From Eledone cirrhosa (Eukaryota): a stretch of DNA of 64,000 nt. The first letter of the stretch is position 1; each line of letters starts with the position of its first letter. Shown one piece after another: positions 13,081 to 26,146 of this stretch. The stretch is taken from the NCBI GenBank assembly GCA_964016885.1, contig OZ024741.1, positions 71,548,001 through 71,612,000 of the forward strand, given 5' to 3'. The translations under genes were made by a program, and so were the position numbers. The notes below the pieces were generated by a model. That model did not search any database, was not told the origin of the DNA, and worked only from the letters and a program-made list of their open reading frames with translations.

Positions 13081-15449
13081 TACCACTTCCAACCCAGCTG
13101 TGCATGTCGATCCTGTTCATAACTTGTTTCCTGAATTATTTGTTTACATGACTGGGGTCGATAAGGGTTCCAGGGGGGGGGGGTCTAAAGTTCAAGGATC
13201 CTTGCTCTGTGTTATTCCTATTTGAGACATTAGGGTGTGGTTTAATGAATATTTGGCTACTATTTCTTGCAATATAGGCTCTGCTTTTTCCTCCCTGACT
13301 AAACAGTAAAAAACAATCTCTACTATAATATACCGTGTGTTTGTATATTTATATATCTCCATCTGTAATGCTTTAAAATTATACACACAATGCATTTCCT
13401 ATCTCATTCGTGTTACTTCAAAAAGAAGTTTGCTTTCCAATCACAAGATCCTGGGTTCTAACCCTACATTTGTCCCTGTAAATAGTTATTTCTTCAAACA
13501 TATTCATACATTTAATCCTGTATGTCATTTATACATATATGCTAAACATTCACGAAATTATTCTAGAAATAAATTATTAAAATATTCTTATTTTTAATCA
13601 CTTCAGCATATCAGTAATCAACATAAACTATAAGGTTTCTCAAATGCAAACCATTCATTCATCAAAAAACAATTTTTTTTTCTATCATATTCACGAGGGC
13701 AGTAACTCTGAATAAGATCTTGCTCAAATTGTAATGTCTTGTCAGAATTATACCAGTATGGAATGCTAGTGTAATATGATGATAATTAGTTACTTGAGTT
13801 CAAAGCAGGTGTAGGACTTGATAGCAAACAAGATAAACTTGTTCAGGTGTTCTGAAAAAATGTGAATCGAAATGGATGAATTAGCCTCAGGAGTGAGAGT
13901 AAATGTCTGTTCGGGTGATGGTAGTGGTGGTGGACTTATGATGATTATGCCTTTCCCAGGCATTAAAAACATTAAGCACAAGCATGGCTAAGAAATTCGC
14001 TTTGCAGTCTCATGGTTTCCGGTTTAATCTCACTGTGGCTCGTTATGTGAGCCTTGGACTGACTATTGCCCTAATACTTTGAGTGAAATTTGGTAGAGAG
14101 AAAATCTGCAGAAGACCATCAAGTATGTATGTGTGTGTGTGTATAATCATCACCATTTGATGTCTATTTTCCATGCTTGCATAGGTTAGACAAGTCAAGT
14201 GATCATGTCTTGCTCATATTCTTTGGTTATGGCTTTGTTTTCTGTGACTGGGTACCTTTTGTCATAGCACCAATACCACCACCTCACAAGGTTGACTGGA
14301 TGTTTTTGCTCTTGCACTAGCATAACCCTCTCACAGGATGGACTGGGTGTAGGTTTGTATTTATTTCTGTATATGTCTTTATGTTGACACCACTTTGGCA
14401 GCCATTGATGTTTATGTTTTTTATAAACAATGTCCCACAGCTTAGCTTTGCATTGACACAACTTGGGCAGCTGGTAACATTTGTTTATGACTAGCATAAA
14501 TGTCATTACTTAACAGTTCAATCATCATCATCAATGTTTAACACCTATTTTCCATACTTGCAAAGGTTAAACAGATTGTCACTTAACTGAGTCAAGTCTT
14601 GCTTGTACACTTTGTTTTGTAGCTAAATATGCAAAGAGAGTCATAACAGATATGAAGGACATCTAGGAGTGTTCTTTCTGAACAGGTTATTTCATCATAC
14701 ACTCTACTGTGTATCTGGGTGTGTATGTATGTGCTATCAAGTGAATTTGTGGCTATATTTATGATTATATATCAGCTTAGTGATACCAAATTTACTTTTA
14801 CAAGTTAGCTTATTAAATTTTATCTCATCATTCAATTTAAAATTATAATGCAGAAATAGCTGTGTAGATAAGAAGGTTGCTTCATGTGCATATTGTTTCA
14901 TTACTTGGCACCTACTATAATAATCACAATGACTTTGTAAATAAAATTTAGTTGACAAAAACTGTGCAGAAACTCATCACAAACAGTCATGAGTTTTTTA
15001 CATGCCATAACAGTGCGTATTGGTTTTTTGTTTTTGTATTTTCTCTCTAATGGTACTTTCTAGCTATCGCAGCTGAAAGTTACAAGTTTTAACAGTTTAC
15101 TTTTAAACAAATTCGTACATAAGTGAAATATTTTAAGAAGCTAAACTTAATTACATAGTTCCACATTAATGCCGCTTATATCATTATTGATATTGAAATA
15201 TCACTCTCTTCCTCTATTTTTAATTGTTGATACTTACTGTTGAAAGTTAAGCTATATTAAACTGTTTGTTTCCTATTGCTATATACAAAATATCCTTTCC
15301 CTTCGTTGTTCCTGATGGAACATTCATTCAACGTTCTATTATAATCAACTATTAATTGATTGCTCACATTATAGCTATTCGTTTTATAATTTGTTCTCTC
15401 AACCTTTAATTTTATGCATTTCCCCATTCATTAGGTGATTTATTTAGGA

Positions 15450-15845
15450 ATGTGGAACTTGTGTCATTGATATGGTTTGTGTTTATTCAGAGCTTCTGTT
15501 TAGAAGTTTGACCGATGTGGAACTTGTGTCATTGATATGGTTTGTGTTTATTCAGAGTTTCTGTTTAGAAGTTTGACCGATGTGGAACTTGTGTCATTGA
15601 TATGGTTTGTGTTTATTCAGAGTTTCTGTTTAGAAGTTTGACCGATGTGGAACTTGTGTCATTGATATGGTTTGTGTTTATTCAGAGTTTCTGTTTAGAA
15701 GTTTGACCGATGTGGAACTTGTGTCATTGATATGGTTTGTGTTTATTCAGAGTTTCTGTTTAGAAGTTTGACCAATGTGGAACTTGTGTCATTGATATGG
15801 TTTGTGTTTATTCGGAGCTTCTGTTTAGAAGTTTGACCAATGTGG
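15450..15845. repeat. Minisatellite, six 65-bp units
   Basis: Unit ATGTGGAACTTGTGTCATTGATATGG...GTTTGACCG starts at 15450, 15515, 15580, 15645, 15710 and 15775; units nearly identical with no spacers. Confidence 0.95.
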
Positions 15846-16132
15846 CAACCTCACAAATATCTCCCTACCATACACCATGCCCGTATATATTTCCATGGGT
15901 ACTTAGTACCTACTGGAATATTTATATCATTTATTTGTATTCTTCTATGTAGAGAAAAAAATGTATCGTGCTGCTATTTCTAGTAACATGAAATTTCAAC
16001 AAGTCTATAATTCCCGCTTTTTCCTAACGGCCTATTTATGTGTAGGTCACTTTAACGGCCTGACCTCATACATTGGGCAGAAAGCAATATATTTACTACT
16101 ACAAGGCTTTTGTGCCCTGTGGTATGGAATTA

Positions 16133-16212
16133 GCTGTCTGAAGAGCTGATTCTTTCCATTGGAAATTCTCTGAATTTCCAATCTTTTGATAAGCGAAACC
16201 GTCGGTCACAGC
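16133..16212 (+). ncRNA. Minimal type I hammerhead ribozyme motif (family A)
   Basis: Stem I GCTGT/ACAGC; CTGAAGA; stem II GCT...AGC with internal hairpin ATTGGAAATTC/GAATTTCCAAT; GAAA; stem III CCG-T-CGG; GTC cleavage triplet ending at 16207. Confidence 0.75.
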
Positions 16213-16288
16213 ACTAGAACAGGTGAATATTTAAATCGTATTTTAATTTATTTAAAAGATTGTTTAATGTTTACTTGTTCCGCTCATT

Positions 16289-16319
<31 letters not shown>

Positions 16320-16326
16320 GTGTGTG

Positions 16327-16545
16327 TGTAAAAGGTAAACAGAAATAACAACACAATCAGTACAGTATATGGAAAGAATATATGAGATTAACACTTGAAA
16401 TAGCAGGAAGAGGGTCTTAATGTTTTTGGACACTAGTCCTTTATCAGAAGAAAGAATGAGAAATAAAATAGATTGAAGGGACGGGCAGGATGGAATTGGA
16501 AAATATGTCTTTAGATAAAAATAAGTGTATATATATATATAATTG
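16327..16545 (-). mobile_element. PLE pseudo-LTR end fragment (family B) with degenerate hammerhead
   Basis: Homologous to 33222-33420 and 53456-53650; hammerhead core mutated (CTGATAA, CAAAAAC) at 16415-16451. Confidence 0.7.
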
Positions 16546-16914
16546 AATACATATAAAAATGAGAAAATTCATCACTAGAACAGCCATTAAAACAGCTAAA
16601 TGCTGTCGAAGACAGCGATGGGCAAAATTGCCTCAGAGGAAAGACCAGCAGCCAAAGCAGCCAACAGAGACAATCCACAAGGTAGGTGACAGGCAGATGA
16701 AATATAGAAAAGATTGAAAGAGGAGGAGAACAAGGAGAAGCGTGCTTGCACACTTGGAAGGAGGAAATAAAGAAAGGTGATGTACAAGACTAGTTTACAC
16801 AGCCATATCTTCGCACTCATCAGCACTCAAAATCATTTTTATAAGGTGTTAGCTGACTAGAGTTATGTACTCCAATCAGTCAACGATGATGCCAAGGCAG
16901 AGTATACATACAGT

Positions 16915-17185
16915 ATGCCATATGAGGTAGTGCATAGATTTATTCAGCTGTTATATTTCTCTGAGGTCAAGTTCATCAGATATTCAGAGATAAAGACGAG
17001 CAACTTTTATAGTTTATCGATACAAAGGCTGGCATAAAGCCTGTTCCCATCTAGTATGATTTCTACTGATGAAACACAATGTTATGTGGTGATCACATCA
17101 CCTAATTATCGATCCCCTCCACTTCCCAGAGAACTATGAATGATAGCTGAATAAGTTTATGCACAACTACAAGCAGCATTCACTA
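16915..17185. mobile_element. Degenerate MITE-like element
   Basis: Imperfect TIRs TAGTGCATAGATTTATTCAGCTGTTAT / ATGATAGCTGAATAAGTTTATGCACAACTA. Confidence 0.45.
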
Positions 17186-17679
17186 ATATTTACTTTATAT
17201 ATACATGCAAGCAGGGAAAAGCGGACGTAAAATGATGATGATGATGATAAAATCAGTTACAACAGTTGCATTAGACAGGTACTTAGAATCCGAACAAAAA
17301 CAGGAAGACGATATTTTGGTTCGTGAAGACGTTCCCTGGCAATGAACGGGAAAAAAGCGAGGATAATACGTCGTTATGTGGGGCGTGAAGAACAATTTCA
17401 TGCAAAGACAAGACCGAATTTATGGTATAAATGGAGTCGTTAGACTAATATTCTATTTAAAATAACAGAATGATTTCCAGCCCCGGAGTTTAAGAATGAT
17501 ATAAATAAAATTGAAAACGAAAATGACAGAGGTTATTAAAATAGTAAAAGTAAATAGTGAAGATTTAGGCCAGTACATACGTATGCCCCGATGGACATAC
17601 ACATACATACGCACACACACACACACACACACACGAACGCTACACGTATGTATAAACCTTATGCATTTCTACAGTATTT

Positions 17680-18084
17680 TCACCAAACTTAAGACATAAG
17701 TTACTTATGTACTCCAGTTGGTCATGGGCACTGTCATTTTTCCAGATATTGATTATAGGGCCCCCCCGACAGATAACCACTTTAACCACTTCCTTGGAAT
17801 CGACTGAAGTACTGCAGTGCAATGCAACAAAACGTCATAACTTCTGGAGTTCGCAACCGATTTTTACAAAACTTGACACATGGACTACGTTTGTCCTACA
17901 GATAAATGTGAACTCTCAGAATTGGCACATATTGGGTAGGGGACCCCTGGGGGCAGGAACCCCCTTTTGGAAAAAGCCGATGATTTTGTAAAAGTATAGT
18001 TTTCGAAGCAGCACTGAAGTATTGACATAAATGGTATACACAACTGCTATTTAATATCCGAGCAACGCCGGGTACCGCTGCTAG
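17680..18084 (+). mobile_element. Non-autonomous Helitron-like element (3' end defined)
   Basis: Subterminal CCGAGCAACGCCGGG hairpin then CTAG|T at 18081-18085; 5' boundary uncertain. Confidence 0.5.
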
Positions 18085-18517
18085 TATATATATATATATA
18101 ACGTTGATGATGATGATATATAGTAAATTTGGTTGGTGTTCTAAATTATAAATGCACTCAGTAGACTTTGTAAAGTCGTTGGTACTAGGAAGAACATCCA
18201 GCCATAGAAAGCTTGGCAAAGAAAGGGTTGGAAAGCCCATTCAGTTGTTGAGGACATATCAACCTCCCTAGTCTTGGTGCCATGGTAAAATGCACATGGG
18301 ACCGTATGTAAGCAATCTGCAAACTCCCAGCCTGTCTTGGAGGTCACTAAACCCTCTTCAGTACTGACTTGGTCTCTGAAAACCCATCCAACCCTTGCTA
18401 GCAGGGAAAGCAGACTTTAAATGATGATTATGATATATATATATACATAGAGGTGTGTGTCTCGACATATTTTCACATTGACACTATGATAGCTGCTGAT
18501 TTCTATTGGTATTTTCA

Positions 18518-19786
18518 AGGGTTGGCTGACCAAGATACTTTCATGGAATGTGACTCAATGAGATTTATATTTCAACATAGTCTCTTCCCCCTTGCAGTCC
18601 ACACACTTCTTCCATTGGTGTTGTAGTACTTGGATACCGTTGGTGAAGAAGCTTTCATCCTGCTGATAAAAAAGTCATCAACAGCAAATATTGTGTCATC
18701 ATCACTGCGATACTTGTTCCCAACCAAGTGTTTTTTCATATTGGGGAACATGATAGATGGGGCCAAATCAGTAGAATTAGGGAGGGTGATCAACTAGTTC
18801 AAAGCCACAGTCAAGCACAGCAGCCATTGAAACGAAGGACATGTGTGCTGGAACATTGTCCTGATGAAAAAAGACCCCTTTCATCGGTTTTCCTAGGCAT
18901 TTGGTCTTGATAGCCTTTCATAACTTCCTCAGCAAGTTGGCATAGTACTCTCTATTGATGGTGTGGCCCTTTTGAAGATAGTTAATAAAAACAATGTCTT
19001 TTGCATCCCCCCAAAACTAAGGCCATCACTTTGCCTGAATATGAAACGATCTTGGCTTTCTTTGGAGTAGGTGAGGAGGGCTGTTTCCACTGCATGGATT
19101 GTTTCTTTGTCTCTAGCTCAAAGTGATGAACTCAACACTCATCCTGGTTTAGGAAACATTCAAGTAAATCAGCTGGATCTCTCTCAAACAATGTCAGTTT
19201 TCCTGTGATGTGATCAACCTGGTACACTTTTGATTAGGTGTCAGATGTGGCACTCACTGAGCAGAAATCTTTGTTGTGCCAAGTTCATTGTGCAGAATAC
19301 TTTCAACTTTCTGATGGTATATGCTAATAGCATTGGCTAGTTGATTTATAGTCAATTGCCTGTCATCCATCACCATGTGGTGAACATGATCAATGTTTTC
19401 CTCGGTGGTGGCAGTTGTAGGACATCAAAACTTTGGGTCATCTTCAAGACCTTCCCTTCCCCTCCTAAATTCAGCTGCTCACTTTTGCACTGTTGATAAA
19501 GCTAGAGCATTAACATCCCCTAATGTAGCAACCATGTCAGCATGAATGTACTTGGGGACTAAACCCTTTTTCTGCAGGAATTTGATAACACCACTATGCC
19601 AAATTTTGTCCATTTTCAAGAGAAGTCACTACTAGTTATTTTTAAAGTCTTTGAACAGTCAAATGTCAGTTTACCAAGAAATAAACAATGCATTTATTAA
19701 GAAGAGTTGAAATTAATGCATCCATGATTTCACAGCTCTAGCATCATTCCTTTATAGCCAACCTATGAACTTTTCAGTCCACCTTT
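18518..19786 (-). mobile_element. Decayed mariner transposon (~1.27 kb)
   Basis: Translated remnant STDLAPS..FPNMKKHLVG.KY.SDD (YSPDLAP motif region); TIR-like GGTGGACTGAAAAGTTCATAGG at the right end; many stops. Confidence 0.8.
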
Positions 19787-21239
19787 ATTCTAGAATAGCC
19801 TTTTGGTTTAATTACGACATGGTATGGAAACTGAGTTCCCAACTCGTCAGGATTTATAGTTCTATTCCAGACATTGGTCGTTACTTCAGTTTGGTAATTA
19901 AACCTACCAAATACTAATAGAGATTGTAAACTAAATAAAATAATGTTGCTTTATATGGTATTTTTTCATATATCTGTGTTTTAGTGTAATAGTATCTTGG
20001 ATGTGTCTTTTACCATAGACCCTTGAGGGAAATTGGAGTAGCCAGAAACTGTGGAAGCCTCATGACTTGTAATTCAAAGAGCCAGTTCTGTTATACTATC
20101 AGCCTCAGAATTATATTAAGGAGATGCATCTGTGGAATACTCAGCCACTTACACTATACTACATGATGGACTATACCTATAATTCAAAAGATCAGCTTTG
20201 TCTCACAATGTGTCAAGCTGATTGTGCCTGAGAATTATGTTAAATGTACTCAGCCACTTAGAAACTGGCCTTTCAACCGAAAGTTTATTGATATCACGTG
20301 GCATGGGTGTGCTGAGTCATGGCTGACTGAGTCTTCATTGACACTAAATGCTCTATATTTCCCTAACCTATTCAAAACCACATTTACATATCTGACACTA
20401 AAACACGAAGTAGATCAGCAAAAGTAGGTATATATTCCTACTAAACATTCCATTTCAATCATCATCATTTTATGTTTGTTTCTCCATGATTAACTTTACC
20501 TCACTTGTTGCGTTCCTTTGTCATCTCCTGAGAAGTTCAGCATTTTGAGATCAACTCTCAACTGCAGCTCTTTTCCACTGGGAACTCTTGGCACTTCTAA
20601 AGTTCAGTGCCCTAACAAGAAGAGATTTCTATTTTGTCTGTATAACTCTACACTAGTGGTTTCCCAAACTTTTTACTTTCTAATGACCACTTTTATATAA
20701 CACTTTCATTACCAGATTTCTAATTTAAGATATTGTTATAATTTTCAAATAATTTTGAAAATAGTGTGCTTAAAATTTTCAACTTAACTCATGAACCCTT
20801 AATTCTATGTTTATGGACCCAGGCTGGAAACTACTGTGCTAAATTAAATTACCCTTGACATATCATCCTATGTTGATCCCATCCACTCAAGATATAACAT
20901 AACTTGAATGTTGAGTTCAAAGTTAAAACTTTGAATATGGAGTATGTTCTGTTTCCTTTCTCTACATCTTCTTTCACTACTACAATGGCGTCGACTCCTC
21001 GGAGTTTGCTGAACCTCGTGCCACATTCAGTCAGTCACTCCTACTTCACTTGTCTCTCCTCACCTATGTTGTGTCCTGCACTAACTACTGCCTCCAGTCC
21101 TTCCTCCCCAGAATGTTGTCCCACTGGAATTCTTTCCCTGCACATATCTTTCTTGTTGAATAACATCACTCTCATTGGTCTTTTCTTTTTTCTTTCTTGA
21201 AATGTTTAATTCTATATCTCTTTTGTAATTCTCTTTTAG

Positions 21240-23255
21240 GTGGTGGTCACTTCAGACCAAGTGGAAGCTGCTATAGAGAAAGTGATTGCCAACTATCGAG
21301 ATGAATTATTAGAAAAACGCTACCATTTCAACACTGGTATTCTTATGTCTGAAGTGCGTAAGGTGCTGAAATGGGCTGACGGTAAAGCCATAAAAAACGA
21401 AGTAGATATGCAGATATTAGATCTTCTGGGTCCAAAGACTGATGCTGATAAGGTAAAACCTTCTAAAGCAAAGCAATCAAAACAGACAGAAAATATTAAA
21501 ACTAAATCGACTGTCTCAGAAAATCAGGAAAACAAGAAAGCCGTCAATGCCTTAGAGAACTTCGTTGGTTCAGATGGAGATGTGAAAAGCTTTATGGAGT
21601 TGGTTGGGAGTTCAGTAAAATTCCATAAAGTTGGTGAGAATTATAAAACAGATGGTTATGTTATCATGCCCAAAACAATGGATCTTTTGAAACAACATTT
21701 AAAAGAAACCAATAACACTGTGTATACACGATTCCCTCCAGAACCTAATGGCATTCTTCATATTGGTCATGCCAAAGCAATCAACTTTAATTTTGGTTTT
21801 GCTAAAGCAATGGGGGGTAAATGCTATTTGCGTTATGATGACACAAACCCTGAGAAAGAAGAGGAAAAATTCTTCTGTGGCATTCGAGAGATGGTTGAGT
21901 GGTTAGGCTACAAACCATGGAAAATTACATATGCATCTGACAATTTTGAAAAACTGTATGAATTAGCAGTTGATCTAATCAAACGAGGCCATGCATATGT
22001 TTGTCATATGAAAGCTGAAGATCTGAAGGGACGCAATGTTGTTGATTCACCTTGGAGGAATCGACCAATTGAAGAATCGCTGATTCTCTTTGAAGACATG
22101 AGAAAAGGAAAGATAAACGAGGGAGATGCCAGTCTCCGAATGAAGACAACACTTGAAGAAGGAAAGAAAGACCCTGTGGCCTACAGAATAAAATTCACCC
22201 CACATCATCGGACTGGAAATGATTGGTGTATATATCCAACTTATGATTACACACATTGTCTTTGTGATTCTATTGAAAACATATCTCATTCATTGTGTAC
22301 CAAAGAATTCCAGGCCAGGCGGTCATCCTATTATTGGTTGTGTAACGCACTGGAACTCTACTGTCCAGTACAGTGGGAGTATGCCAGGCTTAATCTAAAT
22401 TATGCTGTCGTATCTAAGAGGAAAATTGCAAAGTTAATTGACAAAGGTTATGTAAGCGATTGGAATGATCCTCGTCTCTTCACTCTTACTGCCCTTCGCC
22501 GACGTGGTTTTCCACCTGAAGCCATTAACTTATTCTGTGCCAAGGTTGGTGTAACTATGGCTCAGACAGTCATTGATCCAACTCTACTGGAATCCTGTGT
22601 ACGTGATGTCCTCAATACGAAAGCTCCTCGTGCAATGGCTGTTCTCAATCCTCTTACAGTCAAGATCATCAATTTTCCTGCTGACCACAATGGGAAAGTG
22701 TCTGTTCCAAATTTCCCTGCTGATCCAAACAAGGGGGAACATATTGTTCCATTCAGTGAGCTGATCTTTATTGAACGGGATGATTTTAAAGAGGTTGCTG
22801 ACAAAAACTACAAGAGACTTGCATCCAACCAACCAGTAGGTTTACGTCACGCTGGTTTCACCATAGAAGTTAGTGAAGTAGTTAAAGACAGCACAGGTTT
22901 TATCACTGAATTACATGTCAAGTGCCACAAAACTACTGATGACAAGCCGAAAGCATTCATTCACTGGGTATCAAAACCTGTCTCTTGTGAAGTTAGACTG
23001 TATGAGAAACTATTCTACCATCGTAACCCTGAAGATTCATCGGAAGTCCCAAATGGATATCTGAGCGATGTCAACAATAACTCTTTGAAGATTCTATCGA
23101 ATGCTTTAGTAGATACATCTGTCTTGAATGCTGAAACCTATAAACAGTACCAATTTGAAAGAACTGGCTATTTCAGTGTTGACCCAGACTCCAAACCTGA
23201 CCATTTGCTTTTCAACCAAACTGTAACACTGAAAGAAGACCCAAACAAAAACTAA
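21240..23255 (+). CDS. QARS: Glutaminyl-tRNA synthetase, coding exon 2 (catalytic and anticodon-binding domains, 671 aa)
   Basis: Uninterrupted ORF with class I HIGH motif ([16 protein letters not shown]), [28 protein letters not shown] (KMSKS equivalent), WNDPRL and FERTGYF; stop TAA at 23253-23255. Confidence 0.97.
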   Translation: MVVTSDQVEAAIEKVIANYRDELLEKRYHFNTGILMSEVRKVLKWADGKAIKNEVDMQILDLLGPKTDADKVKPSKAKQSKQTENIKTKSTVSENQENKKAVNALENFVGSDGDVKSFMELVGSSVKFHKVGENYKTDGYVIMPKTMDLLKQHLKETNNTVYTRFPPEPNGILHIGHAKAINFNFGFAKAMGGKCYLRYDDTNPEKEEEKFFCGIREMVEWLGYKPWKITYASDNFEKLYELAVDLIKRGHAYVCHMKAEDLKGRNVVDSPWRNRPIEESLILFEDMRKGKINEGDASLRMKTTLEEGKKDPVAYRIKFTPHHRTGNDWCIYPTYDYTHCLCDSIENISHSLCTKEFQARRSSYYWLCNALELYCPVQWEYARLNLNYAVVSKRKIAKLIDKGYVSDWNDPRLFTLTALRRRGFPPEAINLFCAKVGVTMAQTVIDPTLLESCVRDVLNTKAPRAMAVLNPLTVKIINFPADHNGKVSVPNFPADPNKGEHIVPFSELIFIERDDFKEVADKNYKRLASNQPVGLRHAGFTIEVSEVVKDSTGFITELHVKCHKTTDDKPKAFIHWVSKPVSCEVRLYEKLFYHRNPEDSSEVPNGYLSDVNNNSLKILSNALVDTSVLNAETYKQYQFERTGYFSVDPDSKPDHLLFNQTVTLKEDPNKN

Positions 23256-23857
23256 TGAACATACATCAACGAAAGGGTTTCGTTGTTTGTTTGTTTGTTT
23301 TATGTCCTGATCAAAAAGATTGATGACATTCACCTGCTGTCAGGTGAACTCTATCAGTTGAACACCAGATTACTAACAGGTGAATAGTACTTGCTGTCAG
23401 ATGAGCACTTATTACTATCAAGTGTACACTATTTACTCAGGTGAACACTAATTATTATCATGTGTACACTGCTGGAAGAACTCTTACTATTGACTGATAA
23501 ATGAAATCCATTGAAAGTCCAACTCTATGGATAATAACCAACAAACATATATTTTGAATTGTATTCTTTTATATATTACATTACATCAATATGACTGGAG
23601 CAGCAATATGAGTGTTCACTTAAAATATGATTGGATTCTTAGAATGATCTGTAACATAATGTAATTGGATCAGCAATATGATCAGTCATAATAAATGTAA
23701 CTGGATTACTGATATAACCTGCTATGTAATAAAAAAAAAAAATACTGCTTGAACCACTTGTGTGACCAGTCAGATGATGTGACTGGACTACCCATATAGC
23801 CAGTTACATAATGACTGGACCACAACTAATGCGACCATGTCTAATGATCAGTCAAGC

Positions 23858-23905
23858 AATAAATAAATAAGAGCAATAATTTATTTTTGTTTTGTTTTAT
23901 TGTTT
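23858..23905 (+). terminator. Probable QARS polyadenylation signal
   Basis: AATAAATAAATAA at 23858 followed by a T/GT-rich element (TTATTTTTGTTTTGTTTTATTGTTT). Alternative AATAAA at 23690 and 23728. Confidence 0.5.
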
Positions 23906-24029
23906 CGTCATCTACACTGTTTAATGTCTATTTCTCATGTTTCCATGGATTAGATGGGCTATCACGTACTGAAGTTAGACTGGTCATCTTGCTCATGCGC
24001 AGTTTTTGACTTTGTCTCTATGATTGAAT

Positions 24030-24680
24030 GCCAACCACTTTACAGTGTGTACTAGGAGCATTGTATAGTGCCCCCTGTATTTATCACCTTACAAAGTGGA
24101 CTGTTTTTGTCATAGCACCAGCACAACCATCTTAGAGGATGAACTGGGTGCTTTTTGTTTGTTGTGGCACCAGCCCTACAGCCTTACAGGACTGACTGGG
24201 TGGGGTTTTGTTATGGTACCAAGACAGCTGGATGGGTTGAGTGTGTTATGTCATGGCACTAGTATTACAACTTTATAGGTGGACTGGGTGCTTTTTTTGT
24301 AATGGCAACATCACTGCCACTTTACTGGGCAGACAAATAATTGTTGTCATGGTACCAGCACTTACAGGATGAATTGGATACTTTTTATTGTGGTACCAGT
24401 ACTACCATCTCACTGAGTGCTTCTTATTGTGGTACCAGTACTACCACCTCACTGAGTACTTCTTATCATGGCACCAGCACAACCACTCTATAATGTTGAC
24501 TGGGTGCTTTTATTGTGGCTCCAACACAACCACTTCACAGTATGGACTAGGTGCTTTTCATGACACCAGCTCTACAAACTTTCAGGGTAAGCTGAGTGTG
24601 TTTTGTGGCAATAGCATGACCACTTTACAGGGTGAACTTGGTGTTTTTTATTGAACACCAGCACTACCAATTTACAGATC
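24030..24680. repeat. Degenerate ~36-bp minisatellite derived from a SINE/LINE tail module
   Basis: Recurrent CACTTTACAGGATGGACTGGGTGCTTTT...TGGCACCAGC; similar arrays at about 1270-1400 and 14270-14500. Confidence 0.65.
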
Positions 24681-25565
24681 GAGAAAGAGATATACAAGAA
24701 GAATCAACCTCAGTACTGGATTGGTACTTAAGTTATTAACTTGCAAAGTTGACTTCAGCAGGATTTAAACTCTCAGGAAAATTGATGATGATGACGTAGG
24801 TGGTGGGTTGAGAGAATCATTAGAATGTTGGCCAAAATGCCTTGCAGTGGTTGTTCCATCTCTTTACGTTGTGAGTTCAAATCCCAACAAGGTCAACTTG
24901 ACTTCATTCCGGAGTCAAGAAAATATAATAGTTCAGTGTGGTGGTGTATTGGCAGAATTATTGGAACATTGAACTAAATACTACAAAGTATTTGTTCTGA
25001 TTCTTTTGTGTTCTGGGTTCATGATTTTAGGATAAATTTAAAGTAGATATAACTACTATTTTAAAAATTAGCAGCTTTTGCTGGAAAAAAAAAACCTAGA
25101 CTATTTCCCCCTTTACATAGCGAAGCAATATATTATCCTTATGCATTTTAGAGATTTTTGTCTTGTCTTCAGAGTATCACTACCTCTATGATTCTGTATA
25201 GAAAGGAATATTACTATAACAGTCCTATAGTAATATATACTGTATATCGTTCCATATCCTATATATATCTCACAGAATATAAAAAAATGCTAATTTGCAT
25301 GACTTGTATACGTTTGGTGACATAAATTATTTTTAATTGAGGCACAAAGCTGGCAATTTTGGGGGAGAAAGTCAATTATATTGACCCCGGCCCTTAACTA
25401 GTACTTTATTTTATCGACCCCGGAAGGATGAAAGGCAAAGTTGACACCAAGGGAATTTGAACTCCCAACGTAGAAAGTTGTAACTATATATTGTGAACAT
25501 TTTCTCTGACGTGCTACTGATACTGCCAATCCAGCACCGTACATTTGACGTTTGAGTTGTGTGTG

Positions 25566-25603
<38 letters not shown>

Positions 25604-25604
25604 A

Positions 25605-26146
25605 CTAGCTGAGATACCCAGCTTCGCCCGGGTAAACAGATGATAAGAGAAGACAAGTAGAAGAGAAAATGACTATTGGATGCGTTGTCTGGTTTACAGT
25701 ATGAGGCGAGACCATAGAGTGTGTCTGTGACAAAAAAAAAACTAACAAAAATCTTCCAGATACACTAGGTTCTTCGTTTTACTGTTCGTGCATAGTATAT
25801 GAAGATTTCTAAGCGTTCCCACTCGTGAACAACTTACATATAATGGTCCATGAATAAAAAGCGATTCTCATGTATTCAATCCTACAACTTTGAAACTCTG
25901 AGCCTGATATTTCTTTATGGTAATGGCAAAACTGGTTCTAACAGGGAACTGAAGTCTTGAGAATTTGAATAGCAGCTCGGTAGAGGAAGGGATAAGAGGA
26001 ATCTTGGGAATAAATACATTTTTTCCTAGTGAACTCTAGGAGATAGTTCACCTTCCGCTTGAGTGTAAGACGTGTGTATAGACATGATTGGTCCACGTTT
26101 CTCAATGATGGGAGTTCCAATCTTTTATATTATATATAGATATAGA
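25605..26146 (-). mobile_element. Non-autonomous Helitron
   Basis: Minus strand begins A|TCTATATCTATATATAATATAAAA and ends with hairpin CCCGGGCGAAGCTGGG then CTAG|T. Confidence 0.65.

Larger units (their letters stand above)
10807..21239 (+). other. QARS: QARS intron (~10.4 kb, GT-AG, phase 0), filled with transposon remnants
   Basis: GTAAGT donor; pyrimidine tract and TTTTAG acceptor ending at 21239. Splicing gives CGVG|VVVTSDQVE, colinear with GlnRS (CGVGVIVTPEQIE in human). Confidence 0.88.

Noticed and set aside
15450-15845. CRISPR-like array
   Set aside because: Units are contiguous and near-identical with no unique spacers, no cas genes, and the context is eukaryotic.
17066-17085. CTGATGAAAC as a hammerhead core
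   Set aside because: No stem II between CTGATGA and GAAA and no stem I pairing.
21240-23255. Stand-alone intronless or bacterial-type glnS
   Set aside because: Starts at a splice acceptor and joins exon 1 in frame; carries the eukaryote-specific N-terminal domain.
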